A stretch of 64,000 bases of DNA from Deltaproteobacteria bacterium (lineage in GTDB: Bacteria > Myxococcota_A > UBA9042 > PHBI01): contig WYBB01000082.1 in the NCBI GenBank assembly GCA_011526585.1, forward strand, positions 21,294-85,293, written 5' to 3'. A program made the translations under genes and the position numbers. Of the stretch, positions 48,252 through 57,407 are shown in pieces. How positions within the stretch are numbered: the stretch's first letter is position 1; the number at the start of each line of letters is the position of its first letter. Below the pieces are notes generated by a model. The model was given only the letters and a program-made list of their open reading frames with translations, had not been told where the DNA came from and searched no databases.

Positions 48252-48638
48252 ATGCAGGATCGACCCGATAGCGAGCGCGCGTACGCGCCCCCTGTGCCCC
48301 TCGACGAGTCGCTCGCCGAGCCGCCGGTCGCGTGGCGCGCGCCGCGTCCCGGCCTGTGGCGGCGCGTGGCGATCGCGCTCTTCCTCCTCGGCGCGCTCGG
48401 CTTCATGGCGGCCAACCTGCTGCACCCGGGCCGCGCGCAGCGCCTCACGCGGCTGTCGGCGAGCAAGGCCCGCCTCGAGTCGACGATGCTCGCGCTCGAA
48501 CACGACAACGCCAGGCTGACCGCCGAGCTCAAGAGCCTCGAGCGCGGCGCCGAGGGCTGGCAGGGCCTCGCGCGCAAGGAGTACGGGCTCCTGCTACCGG
48601 GCGAGGTCGTCTATCGCTTCCAGGCCGAGCGGCGCTGA
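48252..48638 (+). CDS. ftsB: septum formation initiator (FtsB/DivIC family)
   Basis: Single TM helix, a coiled coil (LESTMLALEHDNARLTAELKSLE) and a C-terminal ARKEYGLLLPGEVVYRF. GTG 48216 is an alternative start. Confidence 0.65.
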   Translation: MQDRPDSERAYAPPVPLDESLAEPPVAWRAPRPGLWRRVAIALFLLGALGFMAANLLHPGRAQRLTRLSASKARLESTMLALEHDNARLTAELKSLERGAEGWQGLARKEYGLLLPGEVVYRFQAERR

Positions 48639-48657
48639 GCACGGCGCCGTCGTCGGG

Positions 48658-49230
48658 TCACCGCCGCAGGGTCTGCATCTCCAGCCAGATGAGATCGGCC
48701 TGGCACGCGTTCCACTCGCGGCGCGTCTTGAGCACCGGCGTGCGCGCCCGGGCGGCCTTGCAGCGCTCGGAGCCTTCGCCGCTCTGGCGGCAGAGGGCGC
48801 GCGCGTAGCGACCGCAGGGGTTGCCCCAGCGCGTCTCGGCGCGGTGGCGGTCGAGCAGCGCCTGGCACACCTCGCGCGTCGCCGCGTGCCGATCGTCGGG
48901 CACGCGCGTCTGCGCCTCGCGGCAGGCGTCCGCGAAAGGCGTCCACAGCTCGCACGCGAGATCGACCAGCGCCTGACAGGGCGGCGTCGGAGGCGGCGCG
49001 ACCTCGACCGGCGGCGCGGGCGCGACGGTGTCGGCGACCGGCTCCGGCGCGGCGTCGACGACCTCGGGCAGGCCGAAGGGCACGATCTCCTCCTCGGGAG
49101 GCCAGCCGACGAGCTTGTCCTGCGGGCTCTTGCCGCACGCGGTGAGGGTCGACAACGCCAGGGCGACGTGCCACCAGACCCGTGCGTGGCCGCGAGCCCG
49201 CCCCGCGCCCCCTACCCCATCAATGGCCAC
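48658..49230 (-). CDS. Cys-rich lipoprotein, hypothetical
   Basis: LALSTLTAC lipobox, a Pro-rich linker and eight further Cys in the last ~110 aa. Overlaps the end of the MFS gene by 11 nt. Confidence 0.5.
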   Translation of the reverse strand: MAIDGVGGAGRARGHARVWWHVALALSTLTACGKSPQDKLVGWPPEEEIVPFGLPEVVDAAPEPVADTVAPAPPVEVAPPPTPPCQALVDLACELWTPFADACREAQTRVPDDRHAATREVCQALLDRHRAETRWGNPCGRYARALCRQSGEGSERCKAARARTPVLKTRREWNACQADLIWLEMQTLRR

Positions 49231-50737
49231 CCGCCGCCTTGGGGCGCGCGCGCGCGTTCCACACCCGCGTCGCGAGCAGGAAGCCGACGAGCGCGACCGG
49301 GATCATCGAGATGAAGAGCGGCTCCCAGCTCGAGTGGATCGCCGCGTCGGGCGTCGCCTCCGACGGGAGCACGAAGGCGTTGATGAGCGCCATCGTACCG
49401 GTGCCGAGGTAGACGAAGCCGTCGATGATGCCGACGGCGATCCCGGTGTTCTTGCGCCCGCCGAAGTCCATCGAGGCGGTGCCCGAGAGCATGCCGTGCA
49501 CGCCGATGACCGCCATCGACATCAGGATGCACATCGGCCCGATGAGCGAGGTCTCGTAGGTGAAGAGCGTGACGATGCCGCCGACGACCATGATGCCGTA
49601 GAGCACGGCGGCCACCGGCCCCCGTCGTGAGTCGAAGAAGCGGTCGGAGATCACGCCGGCGAACATGCCGCCGAGGATCCCGGCGCAGCACAGGAAGACA
49701 CCCCAGTGCTGGAAGACGAAGCCGTCGTGGAGGCCGGTCTGCTTCGCGTAGAAGGGCATGTACTGCATGATCGACTGGCGCAGGAAGCCCGAGCAGAACT
49801 CGATCATCGAGATGATGACGATGACCCGCTGGGAGAACATGAGCTTGAAGACCTGCCATACGTTGAGCCTGGGTCCGTCCTCGCCGATGCGTGAGTCGCC
49901 GGGGTCGAAGTTCTCGAAGCCCGCATCGCTCGGGGTGTTGCGCACCCACAGGATGTCGAGGAAGGCGAAGACGAAGAGGATCAGCGCCGGCAGCATGAAG
50001 ACCCAGGCCAGCGGCAGGTTGTCGACGATGATCTTGCCCCAGTCGTAGGCGAAGTAGATGCCGAGCGAGATCAGGATGCCGAAGATCGCGCCGAAGGTGC
50101 CGCGCTCGCGCACGTGGAACCAGGGCGCGTTGACCTTGACGATGGCGACGGCGCCGAAGCTCTGGAAGTACATGTTGACGGCGTAGAGCAGCGAGAAGGT
50201 GACGGTGAGGTTGTCGGTGGCGCCGGTCAGGGTGACGACGCCCATGGCGAGGTTGGCGATGGCGGCGCCGATGGCGGCGATGATGATCGTGCGCCGGCCG
50301 CCGTACTTGTCGGTGAGCGGGCCGTTGATGATGAACGAGACGCCGTAGGTGATGGTCCCGACCATGAAGATGATCGAGAAGTCGTCGTTGTCCATGACGG
50401 CGCCGAACTCTTTCTTGGCGACGCTGAGGTTGTAGCGCGCCATGTAGAGGAAGGAGTACGTCAGGCCGAGCGGCAGCCAGTTCTTGAGGCGACGTCTGAG
50501 GTAGGCCTTGGAGTGTCCGAGGTCGATCTTGGGCAGGCGCCAGAAGACGAGGCCGATCGCCGCGAGCAGGATCGCGATCGGCAGGAGGTTCTCGAGCATC
50601 GTCGGCTTGTCGCTCACGCCGGGCTTGGGCACGGGCGTGCTGCCGTCGGCGGCGAGCGTGCCGAGATCGAGCGCGAACGGGAGCACGACCACGGCCAGGA
50701 GCGGCAGGTAGGCGAAGAGGCTTGTCAGGCGCGGCAT
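49220..50737 (-). CDS. MFS transporter (organophosphate:Pi antiporter-like)
   Basis: 505 aa with about 12 helices. The DKYGGRRTIIIA loop motif is typical of MFS. Subfamily assignment is tentative. Confidence 0.75.
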   Translation of the reverse strand: MPRLTSLFAYLPLLAVVVLPFALDLGTLAADGSTPVPKPGVSDKPTMLENLLPIAILLAAIGLVFWRLPKIDLGHSKAYLRRRLKNWLPLGLTYSFLYMARYNLSVAKKEFGAVMDNDDFSIIFMVGTITYGVSFIINGPLTDKYGGRRTIIIAAIGAAIANLAMGVVTLTGATDNLTVTFSLLYAVNMYFQSFGAVAIVKVNAPWFHVRERGTFGAIFGILISLGIYFAYDWGKIIVDNLPLAWVFMLPALILFVFAFLDILWVRNTPSDAGFENFDPGDSRIGEDGPRLNVWQVFKLMFSQRVIVIISMIEFCSGFLRQSIMQYMPFYAKQTGLHDGFVFQHWGVFLCCAGILGGMFAGVISDRFFDSRRGPVAAVLYGIMVVGGIVTLFTYETSLIGPMCILMSMAVIGVHGMLSGTASMDFGGRKNTGIAVGIIDGFVYLGTGTMALINAFVLPSEATPDAAIHSSWEPLFISMIPVALVGFLLATRVWNARARPKAAGGH

Positions 50738-50738
50738 C

Positions 50739-51485
50739 TCAGGTGGCCTCCCCGGCGAGGAGCTCGGTGAAGTCGTTGAGGCGGACCACGTCGGGCTGGA
50801 GCTCCGGCGCGCCGGGGGCGTGGCTGGTGTCGAGCCAGGCGACGGTGGCCTCGGGGAAGCTCTGCTTGAAGAGGTTGCAGAGCCCGGGCTCGTTGTCGAA
50901 CGAGCCGACGACGCGGCCGGTCTTGCGCAGGTGCGCGATGACGCCGTGCTTGAAGGCGTCGTCGTTCATCTCGAAGGATGGCTTGAGGATGAGGCGCGTC
51001 TCGACGCGGCCGACCGGGAAGCCGTCGCGCTGGAGCGCGCGCAGGGTGCCGACGAGCATGTTGGGCGCGTCGCGGCCGGTGAGGTAGCAGGGTACGCCGC
51101 CGGCCTTGTGCACGCGGTTGACGAGCTCGACCGCGCCGGCGAGGGGGAGGTCGTAGAGACAGTAGTCGTCGGTGAAGAAGCGCTCGCGCCAGAAGGTGGT
51201 GACGTGCTGCGCGAGCTCGGGATCGGGGAAGCCGAGCGCGGCGAGCGTGTCGGCGACGCGGTACTTCAGGTGGCCGGGCGAGGTCTCGCGCAGGCGCTCG
51301 TAGAGGGCGCGGTAGCTCGAGGCGTGGGTGTGCGCGAACTCGAGGAGGATGCGCATCGTGCGGTGGGTGTTGTCGTAGAGCGTACCGTCGAGGTCGAAGA
51401 CGACGAGGGGATCGTCGCCTGCGCTGGCGGAGCGCTCGATGCTCGCGAGCAGGGTCCTGAGTGCGCTGGACTGGGTCGCCGACAT
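50739..51485 (-). CDS. HAD-superfamily hydrolase
   Basis: VVFDLDGTLYDN motif I. GGAGG upstream of ATG 51485. The ORF part upstream is shadow frame. Confidence 0.7.
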   Translation of the reverse strand: MSATQSSALRTLLASIERSASAGDDPLVVFDLDGTLYDNTHRTMRILLEFAHTHASSYRALYERLRETSPGHLKYRVADTLAALGFPDPELAQHVTTFWRERFFTDDYCLYDLPLAGAVELVNRVHKAGGVPCYLTGRDAPNMLVGTLRALQRDGFPVGRVETRLILKPSFEMNDDAFKHGVIAHLRKTGRVVGSFDNEPGLCNLFKQSFPEATVAWLDTSHAPGAPELQPDVVRLNDFTELLAGEAT

Positions 51486-51621
51486 CTCACCTCCCGAGGG
51501 CGGGCGACCCGCGCGTGCACGCTGTGGGGTCGCTCGGCTCGGGACATTCCCACGGCATGCCGGCTGGCGCAAGCGATGCCGGCCCGGCTGGCGGCGGGGC
51601 GCGGGGCGATCGCCGCGGAGG

Positions 51622-52227
51622 TCAGCCGAGCGCTTTTTTCGAGCGCTCGATCGACTCGCTGTACGAGGCGTTCTGCACGAGGTCGGCGAGGCGCTGGGTG
51701 TACTTGTCGGCGAGGTCGGGGCGGCTCCTGCGGCGCGCGTCGGCGATCCACGAGTAGACCTTGAGGACCGCGAGCTCGGCGTTGATGAAGTGCTCGACCG
51801 CCTTGAGCACGGCCCTGACCGAGGAGGCCGAGACCGACGGTGAGGTGTGCTCGAAGACGAAGGCGCGGCCCGAGGAGTTCTCGACGCCGAGGCGCACGAC
51901 GCCGGGCACGTCGGTGCGCGCGCCGTCGCGCTTGGCGCCGCGGAAGTCACCGGCGACGTGGAAGTCGACGAAGAAGATGTTGGCGATCGACGGGTAGTCG
52001 TGGACGAGCGCCTGCTGGATCCCCTTGAAGAGGGCGTCGACCAGGCCGACGCCTTCGCCCTCGATCGAGCGAGGGGCGGCGTCGCCCGACTGCAGGAGCT
52101 GGGTCGCGATCGTGGCGCGGCCCGACGCGAGATCCTCGGTGAGCTGGTAGCGCGAGATGGAGAGCTCGACGTACTCGGCGCCGAGCACCTCTCGGGTCAG
52201 CGAATGCAGCTCGTCTTGCGTTCTCAT
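51622..52227 (-). CDS. stand-alone LeuA allosteric/dimerisation-domain-like protein
   Basis: 201 aa. GEGVGLVDALFKGIQQAL...FVDFHVAG...VSASSVRAVLKAVEHFIN resembles the regulatory domain of isopropylmalate synthase. Recognition is from memory only. Confidence 0.45.
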   Translation of the reverse strand: MRTQDELHSLTREVLGAEYVELSISRYQLTEDLASGRATIATQLLQSGDAAPRSIEGEGVGLVDALFKGIQQALVHDYPSIANIFFVDFHVAGDFRGAKRDGARTDVPGVVRLGVENSSGRAFVFEHTSPSVSASSVRAVLKAVEHFINAELAVLKVYSWIADARRRSRPDLADKYTQRLADLVQNASYSESIERSKKALG

Positions 52228-52325
52228 CAGGCACCTCCTTCTGTACCGGGAGACGTCCCGGGTGCGCTTCGGTTCGACCCGGACATGTCAAAAGATAGTC
52301 TCGCGCGCGGGTCGGCCCCACATTT

Positions 52326-53057
52326 TCAAGCGGGGTTTTTTTCGGGGTCTGTCACCCGGAGCCCGAGGCGCAGGAGAAGCTCAGAAAAATCAGCAGGTAA
52401 CGCAGCCTCCCAGCGGAGCTCGTCGCGCCGCACCGGGTGGGCGAGCGTGATCCTCCAGGCGTGCAGGGCCGGGCGCGAGAAACGCCCGGCGACCTCCGGC
52501 GGGGCATAACGGCGATCGCCGAAGAGCGGATGGCCGTGCGCCGCGAGCTGCACGCGGATCTGGTGCTTGCGCCCGGTCAGGAGCCGCACCTCGACGAGGC
52601 TCGCGCCGGGGGCGCCGGTGGCGGCCGGGGTGCGCGCGAGGGTGCGCAGCTCGAGGCGCGCGGGGCGGGCGCCGGGCGAGCCTGGGGGCGCGAGCTGCGA
52701 GCCGTGGTCGGCGCTCGGCGCGAGGTGATCCTCGAAGCTGGCGGAGTCGGGGGTGTGCCCGGAGACGACGGCGAGGTAGCGCTTGTCGACGGCGTGCGCG
52801 GCGAAGTCGCGCGACAGGCGCTGCGCGGCCTTGGAGGTCTTGGCGAGCACGACGAGCCCGCTGGTGTTGCGGTCGAGGCGGTGCACGAGGCCGACATAGA
52901 CGTTGCCCGGCTTGGCGTACTTGTCCTTGAGCCAGGCGGCGACGCGGGCGACGAGGTGATCGTCGGCGCCGGCGGTGTCGCGATCGCCGCCCTGCACGAG
53001 CAGCCCGGCGGGCTTGTCGACGACGAGCAGGTGGTTGTCCTCGTAGAGGACGTTCAT
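52326..53057 (-). CDS. RluA-family pseudouridine synthase
   Basis: LYEDNHLLVVDKPAGLLV, HRLDRNTSGLVVLAK (catalytic Asp) and TGRKHQIRVQL. Internal ATG 53057. Confidence 0.88.
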   Translation of the reverse strand: MNVLYEDNHLLVVDKPAGLLVQGGDRDTAGADDHLVARVAAWLKDKYAKPGNVYVGLVHRLDRNTSGLVVLAKTSKAAQRLSRDFAAHAVDKRYLAVVSGHTPDSASFEDHLAPSADHGSQLAPPGSPGARPARLELRTLARTPAATGAPGASLVEVRLLTGRKHQIRVQLAAHGHPLFGDRRYAPPEVAGRFSRPALHAWRITLAHPVRRDELRWEAALPADFSELLLRLGLRVTDPEKNPA

Positions 53058-53190
53058 CGCGGGAGGACCTCCGAGCGCGGCGAGGGCATCCTGGATGGAG
53101 CGCCGAGCCGAGGCAAGCCGCGCGCGCGTCGCCTTGACGGTCCCGGCGCCGAACCCCATGCTCCGCGGGTCGGTGCGTACGGAGGGAGCG

Positions 53191-55659
53191 ATGGAGCTGT
53201 TCGGCGGAGAGCGTGGAGCCGGGACGGACAAGCCCGCGGGGCCGGCGACCAAGGTGGAGCGCGCGCTGGACGAGGCGATCAAGGCGCGCAACGAGGGTCG
53301 CCCCGAGGCGGCGATCGAGCTCGCGCAGACGGCGATGGCCTGGCTCGACGCCGGCAGCGTGCGACGCGAGCTGCGCGTCGGGTTGCCGCGCGAGCTCGGG
53401 TTCGCGCACCTGCTGCTCGGGCAAGCGCACAAGGCGCGCGAGGCGTTGCTGCTGGCGCTCGAGCAGGCGGCGCACGACCCGGTCCTGAGCGATCCTGTGC
53501 GCGCGGGGTTGGCGACGTGCGAGCTCATGGCGGGGGCGCCGGAGCGGGCGCGACAGATGCTCGAGGGGCGCGGGCGCAACCGGCGCGGGGCGCTGTCGGC
53601 GCTGGCGCGCATCCACCTCTATGATGGCAACGTGCAGGCCGCCGAGCAGGCGTTGCAGGAGGCGGATCAGGCGCCGGGCGGCACGACCGCGAGCGGGATC
53701 CTGCTGCCGCCGGCGACGGTGATGCGCTGCTTCGCGGCGGTGTGGGGCGGACGGCCCGAGCAGGCGCGCATGCTCTATGACGGGGTGTCCGTGCGCGACA
53801 ACCCGATGTGGGAGCTCGTGCGCATGGCGCTCTTGCGGGCGCTCTGGGTGCAGCACGGTGACGCGCGCTACCTGGCGCTGGCGGTCGGCACGGCGGAGCA
53901 GCTGCGCTTCGGCGAGGCCGCGAGCGAGGGCGGCGTAGGCGCGAGCGGGGCGACCGGCCAGAGCGGGGCGGCGGGGACGGGCGGCGCGAGCGGAGCCCCT
54001 GGTTTCCTGCCGGCGGTGGCGGCGATGCATGCGGCCGTGCTCGCGCTGAGCGGCGAGACGGCGATGGCGGTCGAGGCGGCGGACCAGGCGCTCGGGCTTA
54101 TCGCGCGGGCGGACCAGGCGCCCGGTGGCGCGCTGATCCTGCCGGAGTGGCCGCGGCCAGCGATCCTTTGCGACCTGGCGATGGTCTATCGCGACGCCGG
54201 TGAGGCCGAGCGGCGCGCCAAGGTCCTGGCGCTGTGGGATCCGGTGGCGTGGGCGAGCTGGGAAGAGCGCATGGCGCTGGTGGCGGGCGCGCGCGTGCGC
54301 GGGGCGACGACGCCGGACGCGGCGCCGGTGATCGACGATGGTCGCAGCGGGGACTTCGAGGCGCTGGCGATCCACCTGCTGGAGGATCCGAGGAGCGCGC
54401 GGCTCATGGCGCTGCGCGCGATCGGGGCACGGGCACGGGCGCTCGGGCTGGAGTGGCTCGACGGCGAGGGAGGATCGCTCGGGCGGATCGGCGCGAAGGC
54501 GACGCGCGACGACGAGACCGATCGAATCGTGCTCCAGGGTGGCGAGAACCTGTGCTTCTTCAAGGCCGATCGCGACGCGCTGCGCGAGATCGATCGGGGC
54601 GCGCTCGAGGCGCTGGCGCGTGTGGTGCGTGTGCGCGAGGGCGAGGCGCGACGGATCGGCGAGCTCGACAACGCCCTGGTCACCGCGGAGGCGGCGCGCA
54701 AGCTGGCGGAGGAGCGGCTCGAGCAGGTGCGGCGACCGGGCACGGACCGGGGGCATGGCGGGCGCTTCCCGACGGTGGTCGGGCGAAGCGATCGGTTGCG
54801 CGCGGTGCTGGATCGGCTGGGCGCGCTGGCGTCGCTGAGCGGTCACGTCGTCTTCGACGGGCCGGCGGGCAGCGGGCGGCGGCACCTGGCGCAGGCGCTG
54901 TATCTGGCCAACAGCGAGGACCCGACCGGGTCGAGCCGGGCGCCGGCGCTGGACGTCGGGCTCGTGCCGGAGGAGGCGCAGCTCGCGACGCTCGAGGGGC
55001 TCGAGGCGCGGGCGATCGCGGGGCGCGGTGGCATGGCGGTGGTGATCGGGGCCGAGCGCTTGATGGCGGCGGCGGCGACGTGGCTGTGCGAGCGCATGGC
55101 GGCGCCGAGCCCGGGGGGGTTGCGCTGGGCGCTGACGCTGGATGCGCGGGATCAGGGCCCGGTAGCAGGCACGCTGCGCGAGCGGGCGATCGTCGTGAAG
55201 GTGCCCGGGCTCGACGAGCGGCTCGAGGATCTGCCGCTCCTGGTCGATCACTTCGCGCGCGAGGTCGGCAAGCGGCCCGACGACGTGTCGACGGCGGCGC
55301 GCGCGGTCCTGGCGCGGCGCGCCTGGCCGGGGCAGGTCGCGGAGCTGCGCACGGCGATCCGACAAGCGGCGGCGCGCGCCGGGCATGGGCTCATCCAGCC
55401 GGAGCATCTCGAGCGCGGGCAGGCGCAGCGCGTCGAGGGCCCGTTCCAGGGCGAGGATCCGCTGGCGCTGGGCCTGCGCGAGGCGGTGCGCACGCTGCAG
55501 AAGGACCTGGTCCAGCGCGGGCTCGAGGCGACCGCGGGCAACATGGTGCGCGCGGCGGACCTGCTCGGGATCCCCAAGAGCCAGCTCGAGCGCCTGGCGC
55601 GTGAGCTCGACGTGGGCTTGGAGGCCGGCGCCGAAGGGGTGCGTGACCCGGGCGAGTAG
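53191..55659 (+). CDS. TPR-containing regulator with degenerate sigma-54-activator-type AAA+ domain and Fis-type HTH
   Basis: VVGRSDRLRAVLDRL...FDGPAGSGRRHLAQAL...RAWPGQVAELRTAI...GNMVRAADLLGIPKSQLERL. GGAGGGA precedes ATG 53191. Confidence 0.65.
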   Translation: MELFGGERGAGTDKPAGPATKVERALDEAIKARNEGRPEAAIELAQTAMAWLDAGSVRRELRVGLPRELGFAHLLLGQAHKAREALLLALEQAAHDPVLSDPVRAGLATCELMAGAPERARQMLEGRGRNRRGALSALARIHLYDGNVQAAEQALQEADQAPGGTTASGILLPPATVMRCFAAVWGGRPEQARMLYDGVSVRDNPMWELVRMALLRALWVQHGDARYLALAVGTAEQLRFGEAASEGGVGASGATGQSGAAGTGGASGAPGFLPAVAAMHAAVLALSGETAMAVEAADQALGLIARADQAPGGALILPEWPRPAILCDLAMVYRDAGEAERRAKVLALWDPVAWASWEERMALVAGARVRGATTPDAAPVIDDGRSGDFEALAIHLLEDPRSARLMALRAIGARARALGLEWLDGEGGSLGRIGAKATRDDETDRIVLQGGENLCFFKADRDALREIDRGALEALARVVRVREGEARRIGELDNALVTAEAARKLAEERLEQVRRPGTDRGHGGRFPTVVGRSDRLRAVLDRLGALASLSGHVVFDGPAGSGRRHLAQALYLANSEDPTGSSRAPALDVGLVPEEAQLATLEGLEARAIAGRGGMAVVIGAERLMAAAATWLCERMAAPSPGGLRWALTLDARDQGPVAGTLRERAIVVKVPGLDERLEDLPLLVDHFAREVGKRPDDVSTAARAVLARRAWPGQVAELRTAIRQAAARAGHGLIQPEHLERGQAQRVEGPFQGEDPLALGLREAVRTLQKDLVQRGLEATAGNMVRAADLLGIPKSQLERLARELDVGLEAGAEGVRDPGE

Positions 55660-55730
55660 CTCGGGTTGTCGACGAATTCTGTTGCGCGTGCATGACCGCT
55701 CTGATACCCATCGCGCCCGCATCCACCGAC

Positions 55731-55803
55731 GGGGTCGTAGCTCAGTTGGTAGAGCGCTAGAATCGCACTCTAGAGGTCAGGGGTTCGACTCCCCTCGGCT
55801 CCA
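55731..55803 (+). tRNA. tRNA-Ala (anticodon CGC)
   Basis: Acceptor GGGGTCG/CGGCTCC with G3:U70. Anticodon loop ATCGCAC. T loop GGTTCGACTCC. Confidence 0.9.
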
Positions 55804-55820
55804 CAATCTAGGCGGATGCG

Positions 55821-55850
55821 CGGGACCCCCAGGGGTCCCGTTTTCGTTTG
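55821..55850 (+). terminator. rho-independent terminator after tRNA-Ala
   Basis: CGGGACCCC/GGGGTCCCG hairpin followed by TTTTCGTTT. Confidence 0.6.
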
Positions 55851-55914
55851 TCGACCGATTGCCGACCGATTCGGCCGCGGAGAAAAAAACGTGCGCGGGC
55901 TCTACCCCCCAGGA

Positions 55915-56029
55915 GTCACCGCGAGTCACCGCAAGCACCGAATAGACGAGTCATAGCAACGACTTCGCTTGCGGTGACTCCCCCGGAGAGTCACCGCAAC
56001 GGCCAACCGGGGTCACCGCAAGTCACCGC
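55915..56029. repeat. six copies of GTCACCGC (five direct, one inverted): candidate arm-type recombinase binding sites
   Basis: Copies at 55915, 55925, 55990, 56012 and 56022 (direct) and 55971 (inverted, GCGGTGAC). Confidence 0.6.
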
Positions 56030-56089
56030 ATGGCGCACGCGTTTTCAACGACTTGCGCGTTGCGGCGTGTTTCCGCTGGGGCACGGCAG

Positions 56090-56113
56090 GGACCGGTGCA
56101 CGGACCGGTGCAC
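56090..56113. repeat. perfect 12-bp tandem repeat GGACCGGTGCAC x2
   Basis: Read directly from the sequence and followed by GAGCTCGAGCTC. Lies just downstream of the integrase stop. Confidence 0.85.
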
Positions 56114-56128
56114 GAGCTCGAGCTCGAA

Positions 56129-57298
56129 CTACTTGACCACCTTGACCGAGGCGCGCGCCTCGACCAGCCGATCGAAGTAGCCACCGACGACGCGCGCGGC
56201 TCCGAAGGCTCGCTCAGCGCTGGTCGCATGCGCGTAGATGCGCGAGGTCGTGCGCGCGTCGGCGTGTCCGAGCAACGACTGCACGCTGTGCATGTCGGCG
56301 CCGGCGATGACGGCGGCGGTAGCCACCGTGTGCCGTAGGTCGTGCGGCGAGACGTGCCGGATCCCGGCGAGCTCGCAGGTCACCTTGCAGCGATCGGCAA
56401 ACCAGTTGGTGCGCGAGTAGATGCCGCCTCGTGAGTGACACGGGAAGGCGGCCTCGTCGCGCGGACTGTCGCGGAACGTCTCGCGCAGGCACTCGAGCGC
56501 GGACGCGGACAAGATCGGCACCACGCGCTCCGAGCTCTCGTTCTTCGTGCGCGCGCCCTTGCGGTCGGTGACGTGCACGTGGCCAGTGACCAGATCCAGA
56601 TCGCCAACGAGCAGGTGCATCGCCTCAGCCGTGCGGAGCCCGTGCAGGAGGATCCAGACGGCGGCGGGCCAGCGCTGCCAGTCGGCGAGGCGGCGCCCGG
56701 GGTGCGAGCCGCCCAGCGTCGGGTCAGCGCCGAGACGCTGCGCCGCGCGGACAAACAGCCCTACCTCGTCGGGCCTGAGCTCTCGCCGGGTGCGCGGTCC
56801 AGGGCCTTGCGGGCGCGTCACGTCACGCCAGGTCGGCGTCTTGATCCAGCCCTTGGCGAGCATCCAACGTTGCAGGGACGTGACCGCCTCAAGCTCGTTG
56901 GAGACGGTCTTCGGCGAGCGGCCCTGCTCGAGACGGCGGTCGCGGTGCTGTCGTGCGTGCTCGGCCGAGAGCGCGAGCGGATCGAAGTCCTCGCCGAGCG
57001 TTTCGGCGACGGCGTTCAACTGATAGGTGAGCGTCCTCAGCGACGCGGCTTGATCGCCGGCCTCGCGCCGGTGCGCCTCGTATTGCTCGGCGGCTTCACG
57101 CCAGGTCGCGGGTGCGTGATAGGTGCCTCGCTTGAGGCTTGCGGTTGCAGCTCGCAGAGCCCGCTCTGCCTCTTCGCGCGCCGCAAAACGAGCAGTGCTC
57201 TTGCCTCCGCCGATGACGGCGACGAGCTCCCACTTCGGGATCCCTCGTTCGACGCAGGGACGGATCCAGGCGCGATCGGGGCTTCGCCTTCGAGGCAT
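56129..57298 (-). CDS. tyrosine recombinase / phage-type integrase
   Basis: 389 aa. LHGLRTAEA (Arg I), HDLRHTVAT (HxxR) and LLGHADARTTSRIYAH (His, Tyr). Confidence 0.9.
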   Translation of the reverse strand: MPRRRSPDRAWIRPCVERGIPKWELVAVIGGGKSTARFAAREEAERALRAATASLKRGTYHAPATWREAAEQYEAHRREAGDQAASLRTLTYQLNAVAETLGEDFDPLALSAEHARQHRDRRLEQGRSPKTVSNELEAVTSLQRWMLAKGWIKTPTWRDVTRPQGPGPRTRRELRPDEVGLFVRAAQRLGADPTLGGSHPGRRLADWQRWPAAVWILLHGLRTAEAMHLLVGDLDLVTGHVHVTDRKGARTKNESSERVVPILSASALECLRETFRDSPRDEAAFPCHSRGGIYSRTNWFADRCKVTCELAGIRHVSPHDLRHTVATAAVIAGADMHSVQSLLGHADARTTSRIYAHATSAERAFGAARVVGGYFDRLVEARASVKVVK

Positions 57299-57407
57299 GA
57301 CGATACCTCCTCGCCGTCGATCATGGGCTCCCCCGCCCCCTGGCGCAAGATGGCCGCGGCCTCTTCGAGGAGGTCTGCGACACGCGCCAGGTCGGGGCGG
57401 CCCCTCG

